This document shows, piece after piece, positions 1 through 8,143 of a stretch of DNA of 64,000 nucleotides. The notes beneath the pieces are model-generated. The model worked only from the letters and a program-made list of their open reading frames with translations, had not been told where the DNA came from and ran no database searches. The number at the start of each line of letters is the position of its first letter. The stretch's first letter is position 1. The DNA is taken from positions 9,392-73,391 of the forward strand of contig DATHVR010000030.1 of NCBI GenBank assembly GCA_035461175.1, given 5' to 3'. Source of the stretch: Acidimicrobiia bacterium (GTDB lineage Bacteria > Actinomycetota > Acidimicrobiia > Spongiisociales > ZC4RG35). A program made the translations under genes and the position numbers.

Positions 1-655
1 CCTGCTGGGTGCCGTGGCGGGCGAGACCGAGCGGATCCTGATCGGGACCATGGTGACCCCCGTGCCGCGACGCCGTCCCTGGGTGCTGGCCCGCCAGGCG
101 ACCACCGTCGACCACCTGAGCAACGGTCGCCTCGTCCTCGGTGTGGGGATCGGGTTTCCGCCGGACATCGAGTTCGGAACCTTCGACGAGCCGGTTGAGG
201 CCCGGCGCCGCGCCGACATGCTCGATGAGGGCCTGGCTGTGATGCAAGGGATCTGGAGAGGCAAACCCTTCTCTTTCGCGGGGAGGCACTACCGGGTCGC
301 CGAGAGGATCTTCGCCCCCGAGCCGGTCGGTGCGGTACCGATCTGGGTGGCGGGGATGTGGCCCAACCGTCGTCCCTTTCGCCGGGCCGCCGCCTACGAC
401 GGTGTGTTCCCGATGGCCGAAGACATGCATCCACTCACCCCGTCGGAGGTCGCCGAGATCGTCGTGTACGTCCGGCGCCACCGGGCGGACGACGGGCCGT
501 TCGACGTCACTATTGGCGGACCGCCCCTGTCGCCGGGGGAACTGGAGGAGTACCGGGCCGCCGGCGTCACCTGGTATCAGGTCGGGCCGGATCCCCGGGG
601 GGAATCCCCCGAGGAGACGAGGGGTTGGATCGCCGCCGGACCCCCCCGCTCGTAG
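1..655 (+). CDS. LLM-class F420-dependent (luciferase-like) oxidoreductase, C-terminal part (5' end outside window)
   Basis: ORF 14..655 is open to the window start. The motifs GRLVLGVGIGF and GKPFSFAGRHY are typical of the luciferase-like monooxygenase family. Confidence 0.7.
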   Translation, partial: LLGAVAGETERILIGTMVTPVPRRRPWVLARQATTVDHLSNGRLVLGVGIGFPPDIEFGTFDEPVEARRRADMLDEGLAVMQGIWRGKPFSFAGRHYRVAERIFAPEPVGAVPIWVAGMWPNRRPFRRAAAYDGVFPMAEDMHPLTPSEVAEIVVYVRRHRADDGPFDVTIGGPPLSPGELEEYRAAGVTWYQVGPDPRGESPEETRGWIAAGPPRS

Positions 656-891
656 CTCGGTCGACGACGATGCCCGCATTCTGATTGTCTCCAGGGCCGC
701 TCGGTCGTCATGCTCGTGTCTGTCAAGGCTGGGGGGCACATGATTGAACGCCAGAAGCTCGAGAGGCTGTCTTCGTCGAGGCGAGGGAGTAGCGGTGTCG
801 CAACCGTCCTTCAGGTGCCGCATCTTGCGCCCGACGGCGGCGGGTAGCGAAGAACCCGTTTGTCGGGTCAGGGGCTTGCGACAATGGATGA

Positions 892-1546
892 ATGGCATCA
901 GCGAGGCGACCAACCTGTGCGAGGATCCTTCACGCGTTGCGCTGTGTGGGAGCGGCGGGAGTGGATCGGATTTCTGCCGCCTCCGATCTGGCCCGGGACG
1001 AGGTCGATCGGTGGCTGCATGCGCTGAGCGTCGACGGGCTGGCAAGCCTCGACCCCGGACCTTTCGGGGGCTGGAGCCTGACCGATGCCGGTCGGGCGGC
1101 TGACGACGAGTGGCTGGCCCAAGAGCTCGACGCTCCCGGCGCCCGCACAGCGGTCCTCAACTGCTACCGGCAGTTCCTCGGCCTGAACCCCGAGCTGCTC
1201 CAGGTTTGCAGCGACTGGCAGATGCGATCCTTTGGTGGCTCTCCCAGCCTCAACGACCACACCGACCCCCGACTACGACGCCCGGGTGCTGTCGCGGCTC
1301 TTTCGCCTGGATGACGGCGTTCAGGCTCTGCTCTCCGAGCTCGCCGGTCGGCTTCCCCGGTTCGGCGTCTACCGCAGCCGCCTTTCTTCGGCGGTTGAGG
1401 AGGTGATGGCGGGCAACCACGCCTACCTGGCCGACGGGCTCGAGTCCTACCACACCGTCTGGTTCCAGTTGCACGAGGACCTCCTCACCACCCTGGGCAT
1501 CTCTCGCGAGGAGGAGAGGCGGGATACAAACGGTCCCGGCATCTGA
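892..1546 (+). pseudogene. Hypothetical protein with a winged-helix-like N-terminus; apparent +1 frameshift in a C5 run near 1246-1256
   Basis: ORFs 892..1314 and 1232..1546 overlap and together read as one protein (…SLNDHTDP / PDYDARVLSRLF…). The frame switches inside gacccccgac. Confidence 0.4.
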
Positions 1547-1559
1547 CGCTCGCCGGGGC

Positions 1560-2147
1560 ATGTCGACAACTAGCTTGAGGATCATGGCCAAGCTGATATA
1601 CGCCGCCATCGTCTCACTGGACGGCTTCATCGAGAACGATTCGGGAGGCTTCGAGTGGGCCCTGCCCGATCCCGAGACTCACGCCTTCGTGAACGAACTC
1701 GAACGACCGCTGGGAACCTATCTCTACGGGCGGCGCATGTACGAGACGATGGCAGGCTGGCAGACGGTGGGTCAGCCGGGTGAACCAGATGTCTCGCCCG
1801 AGGAACTCGAATTCGCCGAGGTATGGCGAGCGGCCGACAAGGTCGTCTACTCCCGCACCCTCCCCGAGGTGGTGACACCCCGCACGCGTCTCGAGCGTGA
1901 GTTCGATCCCGAGGCGGTCCGGCAGATGAAGGACGACGCCGAGCAGGATCTGTCCGTCAGCGGCCCCGGTCTGGCCCAGCACGCCTTCGTCGCCGGGTTG
2001 GTGGACGAGATCCACCTGTTCGTGTTCCCGTTGATCGTCGGAGGGGGACGGCCGGGCCTGCCCCAGGGTCTCCGGGTGGATCTGGAGCTGCTCGAGGAAC
2101 GGCAGCTCGGTAGCGGCGTCGTCCACATGCGCTACGCCCGGAGCTGA
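1560..2147 (+). CDS. Dihydrofolate reductase family protein (RibD C-terminal domain, YwjB-like)
   Basis: AKLIYAAIVSLDGF is the typical N-terminus of bacterial RibD_C / DHFR-like proteins; about 190 aa. Confidence 0.7.
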   Translation: MSTTSLRIMAKLIYAAIVSLDGFIENDSGGFEWALPDPETHAFVNELERPLGTYLYGRRMYETMAGWQTVGQPGEPDVSPEELEFAEVWRAADKVVYSRTLPEVVTPRTRLEREFDPEAVRQMKDDAEQDLSVSGPGLAQHAFVAGLVDEIHLFVFPLIVGGGRPGLPQGLRVDLELLEERQLGSGVVHMRYARS

Positions 2148-2302
2148 CCGCGTCGGCGCCAGGGGCTGATCCGTCTCGAAGCAAGTGATCTTCCGCGGCC
2201 GTCGAGGAGCCACGAGACAGTTTCCACGCGACCAGAGCCGACACGAAAAAGACCGGGCGACGTATGTTTGGGAATCGTGGAGTGGACTGAAGCACGGAAT
2301 GG

Positions 2303-2584
2303 ATGAGTGGAGAGAGGCCCTACGGGGCTACATCCTGCCGCTCGAGGTCGTCTTTCTCTGTGGCGGCGCTGGGGATGCTGGGCGTCGTGATCGTGGGACG
2401 CAGGCGCCAACCGTCGGTGCTTCCCTCTCCACATGCATGGGTGCTCGGGACGATGCTGGTGGTGAGTGGATTCGTCGCCCTCGCATCCCGATTGTGGATC
2501 TTGGCGGCGGCGATGGCGTTCCTCATGGTCGCCCTGGCTCTGGCGGTGGTGCCGCCGAGGGCAGCCCATCCGACCGAGGAGTAG
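2303..2584 (+). CDS. Small hypothetical membrane protein (2 predicted TM helices)
   Basis: Hydrophobic ORF lying between convergent genes; no homology recognised. Confidence 0.25.
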   Translation: MSGERPYGATSCRSRSSFSVAALGMLGVVIVGRRRQPSVLPSPHAWVLGTMLVVSGFVALASRLWILAAAMAFLMVALALAVVPPRAAHPTEE

Positions 2585-2617
2585 TCGAGAAGGTCGGGTG
2601 TGGTCGGCGAGGTCGGT

Positions 2618-3265
2618 TCAAGCCCCCAGGGCGGCGAGCGCTTCCGGGATCGGAGTGTCGCCGCCCACCACCTCGAAGACCTTGCCCCGGGTGGCGTCCT
2701 CGTCGAGGCAGGCGGTCAGGACGGCGGCAATGTCGGCCCGGGGCACGTCGCCGCGGGGTACGTGCCGGGCGAGGTGGACCCGACCTGTGGGCGGCGCGTC
2801 GGTGAGACGTCCCGGCCGCACCACGGTCCAATTGAGGTCCGAGCCCATCAGGTAGGCGTCGGCGCGGGACTTGGCCCGCACGTAGACCGAGAACACCGAG
2901 TCGTCGGCGGGAGGATCATCCGTGCCCATGGCCGACACCATCAGGAACCGGCGGGCACCCCCTTCCCGGGCGGCGTCGACGCATTTGACTGCCCCGCCGT
3001 AGTCGACGGTCTCCTTGCGGGCGGCGCCCGAGCCGGGTCCCGCCCCGGCCGCGAACACGACGGCATCACATCCCTCCATGGCCTCGGCGAGTCGAGCCGT
3101 GTCGACCGCCTCGAGATCAACTACGAGCGGCGTCATTCCCACCGCCTCCAGGTCGCCGGACTGGTCCGGGTCGCGGATCAGTCCGAGCACCTCGTGCTCC
3201 GGTGACGCCAACTCTCCGAACAGAAGCCCTATCTGACCGTGGCCTCCGGCCACTACTACTCGCAT
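2618..3265 (-). CDS. NAD(P)H-binding NmrA/SDR-like protein (atypical SDR, epimerase/dehydratase fold)
   Basis: N-terminal MRVVVAGGHGQIG Rossmann motif; about 215 aa. Confidence 0.7.
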   Translation of the reverse strand: MRVVVAGGHGQIGLLFGELASPEHEVLGLIRDPDQSGDLEAVGMTPLVVDLEAVDTARLAEAMEGCDAVVFAAGAGPGSGAARKETVDYGGAVKCVDAAREGGARRFLMVSAMGTDDPPADDSVFSVYVRAKSRADAYLMGSDLNWTVVRPGRLTDAPPTGRVHLARHVPRGDVPRADIAAVLTACLDEDATRGKVFEVVGGDTPIPEALAALGA

Positions 3266-3274
3266 GGGTCCACC

Positions 3275-3847
3275 CTAGGCCCGAAGATCGAGTCTCATCA
3301 GTACCCGGGGAAAGCCGTTGAGGACCGAGTCGGTGTCGGCGGCTTTCGTGAAGCCGGCTCGCTCGAACAGCCCGCGGGTGCCCACGTATGCCATGGTCAG
3401 GTCGACCTTCTCGCCGCGGTTGTCGACCGGGTAGCCCTCGATAGCGGGCGCCCCGTTGTCGCGGGCGAAGTCGACCGCGCCCGCCAGCAGGTGGTGGGAG
3501 ATGCCCTGGCCCCGGTGACCCGGCCGGACCCGGATGCACCACACCGACCACACGTCGAGGTCGTCGACATGGGGGATCTTGCGGTTGCGGGCGAAGGCGG
3601 TGTCGGCACGCCGGGCCACTGCGGCCCAGCCCACCACCTCCTCTTCCTCGTAGGCGAGGACGCCGATCGGGCCTTGGTCGATGAGTTGCCTGATTCGTTC
3701 GCCCCGGGCGGGGCCGATCAGTTCCCGGTTCTCCTTCGACGGTACGCGGTAACTGAGGCACCAGCACACGTTGGCGTCAGGCCGCTTGGGCCCGACCATG
3801 GTCTTGACGTCGTCGAAGCGGTCGGCGGGTCGGATCTCAATGGCCAT
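3275..3847 (-). CDS. GNAT family N-acetyltransferase
   Basis: RGQGISHHLL…FARDNG is an acetyl-CoA-binding motif A/B pattern. Confidence 0.7.
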   Translation of the reverse strand: MAIEIRPADRFDDVKTMVGPKRPDANVCWCLSYRVPSKENRELIGPARGERIRQLIDQGPIGVLAYEEEEVVGWAAVARRADTAFARNRKIPHVDDLDVWSVWCIRVRPGHRGQGISHHLLAGAVDFARDNGAPAIEGYPVDNRGEKVDLTMAYVGTRGLFERAGFTKAADTDSVLNGFPRVLMRLDLRA

Positions 3848-4074
3848 ATCAGATGGATACCACAGACGGCTGAAAGACTCCGGCGCGCCAGAGCGCCCTA
3901 CCGGCGGTCTTCGGCGTCAGTCGATCGATTCCTCGGGCATCCGCGAGTACCACTCGTGGAACTCCGAGCACCGGCCGTCCGGGTCGAGGCGAAGCAGCCA
4001 GATGTTGTCGAAGACGCCGCGGGCCTCGCCGCGTTCCGGTTAAAAGAGGTGGGTTCGCGACCCATGGCGGATCC

Positions 4075-4674
4075 TCAGAAGTCGATGCGCATCACCGATC
4101 GGCGCTTGGTCGGCCGACTCACCTCGGTGAGGCCGGCAGCCAGGAAGGTGGCCGGGGTGCCGACGTGGAGTTCCTCGTCGATCACGTTCTTGGTGGTAGT
4201 CGGGTAGGCCTCCAGGGCTCGCACCCCCTGTGCGCGGGCGAAGTCGACCGCGGCCCTGGCCATGGTCCGGCTGATTCCTTGCTTGCGGTAACCGGCGCGG
4301 GTGAAGAGACAGGTCACCGCCCAGACGCTGTCGTCTTGCTTGTCCTCGTCCCGGCCTTCCCAGGGGACCCGGAAGACGCGCACCAGGCCGGTATATGCCG
4401 GGCGTGGCTCCACCGCGCACCATCCGACCGGTTCGCCGTTGAGGTAGGCGACGAGGCCGCTGGTGGTGTCGGAGTCGGGGTTGTCGCAGTCGGTCTGCTC
4501 ACGGAGCCGAAAGGCGCGCTCTTCTCTGGGGACGGATCCGAACGACTCCCGCGGCGCCAGTTTGTAGCGCTGGCACTGGCAGACGTGGCCCGTCCCACGA
4601 GAGCCGAATATCGCCTGCAGGTCTTCACACGCAGCTCGGTTGGCGGGGACGATCGAGAGGTCGCGGTCGGTCAT
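4075..4674 (-). CDS. GNAT family N-acetyltransferase (paralog of the upstream gene)
   Basis: RKQGISRTMARAAVDFARAQG parallels the adjacent GNAT gene. Confidence 0.7.
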   Translation of the reverse strand: MTDRDLSIVPANRAACEDLQAIFGSRGTGHVCQCQRYKLAPRESFGSVPREERAFRLREQTDCDNPDSDTTSGLVAYLNGEPVGWCAVEPRPAYTGLVRVFRVPWEGRDEDKQDDSVWAVTCLFTRAGYRKQGISRTMARAAVDFARAQGVRALEAYPTTTKNVIDEELHVGTPATFLAAGLTEVSRPTKRRSVMRIDF

Positions 4675-4991
4675 GCTGTGATTCTGGCCGCGGTTGCGGA
4701 CGGGTCGTGTCCTATTTCAGGAGGCACCTTGCGGGGCTCCGACCGAGGCGAGAGTGCAGGTGAACGCGTCTGGGGCGGTTGGTTGCACTTTCGTCGGGGT
4801 GAGGGTGACGAGTGAGCAGGCGCCCGCGCTCAGCGCGGTGCGATGCCCTCTCGTCGGGCCACCTTGGCGGCGGGCGTCGAATCGTCGACGACTCCGGAGC
4901 CCCCGCGGCGTGGATCCTGGCCGATCGGGCCGGCAATCGCGTGTGCATCGCTGCCTGGCCCGACGGGGCACCATCACCCGACGCCGCGGAC

Positions 4992-5741
4992 TCAGGCAGC
5001 CCCGCCACCGAAGCCGGCTGATCGGGCGGACAGCCTGAAGAGCCGGCGGGCGACGAGGATTGCGAACACAGCCCAGGGGAGCAGCGACGCCAGGGCGAAG
5101 ACCAATCCCACCGTGCCGAAGTTCGAAGGCACCGCCATCAGGACGGCGGCCGCCAGCCCCCACAGGGCCGTGGCTCTCGAGAACACCGTGGAGCGAAGCA
5201 TCAGGATGGCGAAGATCAGCAGCGTCGCCAGGTTGAAGAAGTAGTAGATGTCGAAGGCGGTGCCCATCCAGGTGGCGAGCATCCCGTCGCCCACGGCCAC
5301 CAACGCCACCTGTTCGGCGGGGCCGGCCCGACCGTATGAGTCGGCGAGTGCGAGCATCTCGACCGGGCGGGGCGAGGCCATGTACGCCGCCATCCCCAGG
5401 ACCCCGAACGCCAGGGCGACGACCACACCGGAACGGCTCACTTTCCACAAGACGACGGCCAGCGCGAAGTAGAGAAGGAACGCCAGCAGGTTGCTGACGA
5501 TGTACATCGCGTCGAGAGCGAGCATCCCCCGCGCGGGGTTGGCGATGAGCAGTTCGAAGAACTCAACAGTCGTCTCGGGTGGTGGCCAGGCCACATATAC
5601 CGCCATCTGGATGACGATCAGGACGACGCTCGCCACCGCCGACCACACCCCCACCATCAGGAGGCCCTTCCACTGGCTGTGCTCGGATATCGGGTCGCTC
5701 GTCGCGTCGATATCAGTGGTGGGTACAGCAACCTGTGCCAT
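4992..5741 (-). CDS. Hypothetical integral membrane protein (about 6 TM helices)
   Basis: ORF 4992..5975 trimmed to Met at 5741 (MAQVAVPTTD…). Strongly hydrophobic. Confidence 0.5.
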   Translation of the reverse strand: MAQVAVPTTDIDATSDPISEHSQWKGLLMVGVWSAVASVVLIVIQMAVYVAWPPPETTVEFFELLIANPARGMLALDAMYIVSNLLAFLLYFALAVVLWKVSRSGVVVALAFGVLGMAAYMASPRPVEMLALADSYGRAGPAEQVALVAVGDGMLATWMGTAFDIYYFFNLATLLIFAILMLRSTVFSRATALWGLAAAVLMAVPSNFGTVGLVFALASLLPWAVFAILVARRLFRLSARSAGFGGGAA

Positions 5742-5844
5742 GTGGTCACCGTAAGCAGCGGGTATTTCCCGGCCAGGGCACAAAGACCCGTCGCCCCTCC
5801 GCTTCTGCGGCCCATTTGCTCGACTCCGGTGCGATAGTTGAGCG

Positions 5845-6330
5845 ATGCCCCTCTCCGACATCCTTGAGACTGCACGTTTGGTCCTGCCTCCGCTCGAAGT
5901 CACGGACGCGAGCGAAATGGTCGGCGTGCTCTCCGACCCTGATCTGTATACGTTCACCGGTGGAGAGCCCCCCACCCTGGATGGTCTCGAGGATCAGTAC
6001 CGCCACCTGGTGGCTGGATCTCCCCGTCCAGGAGAAGACTGGCACAACTGGATTCTCCGTTTCGGGGAAGTTGCGGTCGGATTTGTCCAGGCGACCGTGC
6101 TGGGTGAGACGGCTGAACTGGCATGGGTGGTGGGGCTGCGATGGCAGCAGCGCGGCTTCGCGAGCGAGGCGTCTCTGGCCGTGGGTGACTGGCTCCGGGA
6201 CCAAGGTGTGGTCAGGTTGACTGCTCACATCCATCCGGAGCACCAGGCCTCGATGGCGGTTGCCACCCGACTCGGCCTTCGGCCCACGGATGAGTTCGAC
6301 GCCGAGGGGGAGCAAAAGTGGACATCGTGA
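5845..6330 (+). CDS. GNAT family N-acetyltransferase (RimJ/RimL-like)
   Basis: ARLVLPPLEVTDASEM…QQRGFASEA is the pattern of RimL-type acetyltransferases. Confidence 0.7.
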   Translation: MPLSDILETARLVLPPLEVTDASEMVGVLSDPDLYTFTGGEPPTLDGLEDQYRHLVAGSPRPGEDWHNWILRFGEVAVGFVQATVLGETAELAWVVGLRWQQRGFASEASLAVGDWLRDQGVVRLTAHIHPEHQASMAVATRLGLRPTDEFDAEGEQKWTS

Positions 6331-6814
6331 CGGTGGACCGACCGAGGTGGTAGCCCTTCGGTTGGAGCGACTGAGCATCGCCTACCAAAGCCGCTGCTCC
6401 GGCGGTGCTCTCCATCTGTCGCCGGTACTGGAAAGTCCACATGGCCCCGGCGTTTCGGTTCACAATCAGGGCTTCGGGGTAGTGGTGGCCGAGGGTGATC
6501 TCAAGCTGCACCATCCTGAGCGCAGACCGAATTTGCATTCGCCGTGCTCGAGGATGTGCCCTCCGTTCGCGGGCGAGGGGCTGCCCGACCGTGACGGGGT
6601 CGGGGGCACCGCCAACGCCACCCGATACCACGGTGTGCCGACGCGGGCCGCCGTTTGGTCGAGGAGCGGCGCCGGTCCGTCGTGGTGGTTGCGCCTCGCC
6701 GGGACGAAGCCGAGCTGTGGATCTATCCCTGATCCTGTCCGACTAGCGCTGACAGGAGCAGCGGCGCCTGCGACCAGCGACGCAGTTCTAAGCCTTGGCC
6801 AAATCGTCTCCGCT

Positions 6815-7489
6815 CTAGTCCGTACGTTCGGCCCGGCCGAGGGCATCGGCCAGTCCCCCGACGGCGTCGCTGTGGACCACGGCAAGCACTTCGTCCCCCT
6901 CCTCAATCATCAGGCGGCCGTGCCCGGCGAGAAGATCACCATCGCGAATGACCGCCACGATCACGCACTCGTCGGCCAGTTCGAGCTCCGAGACGGCCTG
7001 ACCCACCGCAGGTGCCCCGGCGGACACGGTCTCCTCCACCAACGAATACTGGCCGCGCTTGAGCTTGAGTAGCGTCGTCATCTCTCCGAGTGACATCTCC
7101 TCGGCCACCAGATGAGCCAAAAGGTCGGCCTGGTCGAGGGCTACGTCAACACCCATGTCCGGCTTAAAGAGCCAGGCGTTGCGAGGGTCCACGATGCGGG
7201 CGATCACCCGAGGGATATGGAACTCGAAGTGTGCCAGCGAAGCGATGACGAGGTTGGTCTCGTCCGTGCCGGTTACGGCTGCCACCACCTCGACCGAACG
7301 GATCCCCGCTCGCTCGAGGACGCGGGCGTCAGTCCCGGACCCTTCGATCACCTCTCCCCGCTCACTGAGGGAACCGGCCTTCACAGGATCGGACTCGACA
7401 ACACGTACCTCGTGGCCGCCTTCTGTCAGGAGCCCGGCGAGGCGACTCCCCACTTTGCCTCCTCCCACTATCAAAACCGAGGTGGTCAT
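6815..7489 (-). CDS. trkA: Trk system potassium uptake protein TrkA (CeoB/CeoC-like), RCK N+C domains
   Basis: VLIVGGGKVGSRLAGLL Rossmann motif plus an RCK_C segment. Confidence 0.85.
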   Translation of the reverse strand: MTTSVLIVGGGKVGSRLAGLLTEGGHEVRVVESDPVKAGSLSERGEVIEGSGTDARVLERAGIRSVEVVAAVTGTDETNLVIASLAHFEFHIPRVIARIVDPRNAWLFKPDMGVDVALDQADLLAHLVAEEMSLGEMTTLLKLKRGQYSLVEETVSAGAPAVGQAVSELELADECVIVAVIRDGDLLAGHGRLMIEEGDEVLAVVHSDAVGGLADALGRAERTD

Positions 7490-7495
7490 GACGCC

Positions 7496-8143
7496 CTACT
7501 CTCCGATCAGTTCTTCCAGGCGGGAGGCCGCTCCTGTCGCCACGACTAGATACACGATGTCGCCGGTATGCATGGGGGAGTTCCCATCCGGGATGAAGGT
7601 ACGTCCACCCCGACTGACGGCGGTGACGGCCAGTTCTCCCGGTACCTCGAGCTCCCGGCAAGGCCGACCATCGAGGCGGGCAGGGACGGTCACCTGATTC
7701 AGGTCTACCTGGCCGCCGCCGAGGCTGAAGACGGTGGCGACATCACGGGCCTGGAGAGCCTCGGATAGCCGACCGATACCCCACACGACCGGAGAGATAG
7801 TGACGACACCCAGGCGGCGATAGAGGTCCGCCTGTCTGGGGTCATACATGCGCGCCACCACCCTCGGGACCTGGAATCGTACGACCGCAGCCCGAGCTAC
7901 GACCGAGTTGACTTCATCGTTCCCGGTCACTGCCGCCAGGGCCTCGGTCCGCTCGATCCCGGCGGTCAAGAGCACCTTGCGATCGATGCCGAATCCCACG
8001 ATTTGCTCACCCGAGAAGCCGGCCGGCAGTCGATCGAAGGCCGCAGGGTCGGAATCGACCACCGTGACAGAATGACCCTCGAGGGCGAGCTGGTGGGCGA
8101 GGCCCGAACCTACCCGGCCGCAGCCGATCACGATCACTCGCAT
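7496..8143 (-). CDS. trkA: Trk system potassium uptake protein TrkA paralog
   Basis: MRVIVIGCGRVGSGLAHQL. The start ATG overlaps the stop of the upstream ATPase (ATGA). Confidence 0.85.
   Translation of the reverse strand: MRVIVIGCGRVGSGLAHQLALEGHSVTVVDSDPAAFDRLPAGFSGEQIVGFGIDRKVLLTAGIERTEALAAVTGNDEVNSVVARAAVVRFQVPRVVARMYDPRQADLYRRLGVVTISPVVWGIGRLSEALQARDVATVFSLGGGQVDLNQVTVPARLDGRPCRELEVPGELAVTAVSRGGRTFIPDGNSPMHTGDIVYLVVATGAASRLEELIGE

Noticed and set aside
6212-6631. 139-aa minus ORF (MVQLEITLGHHYPEALIV…) in the GNAT-trkA gap
   Set aside because: It has no recognisable family. Its 3' third overlaps the GNAT gene convergently with Pro/Arg-rich composition. It could be a remnant but is not supportable.
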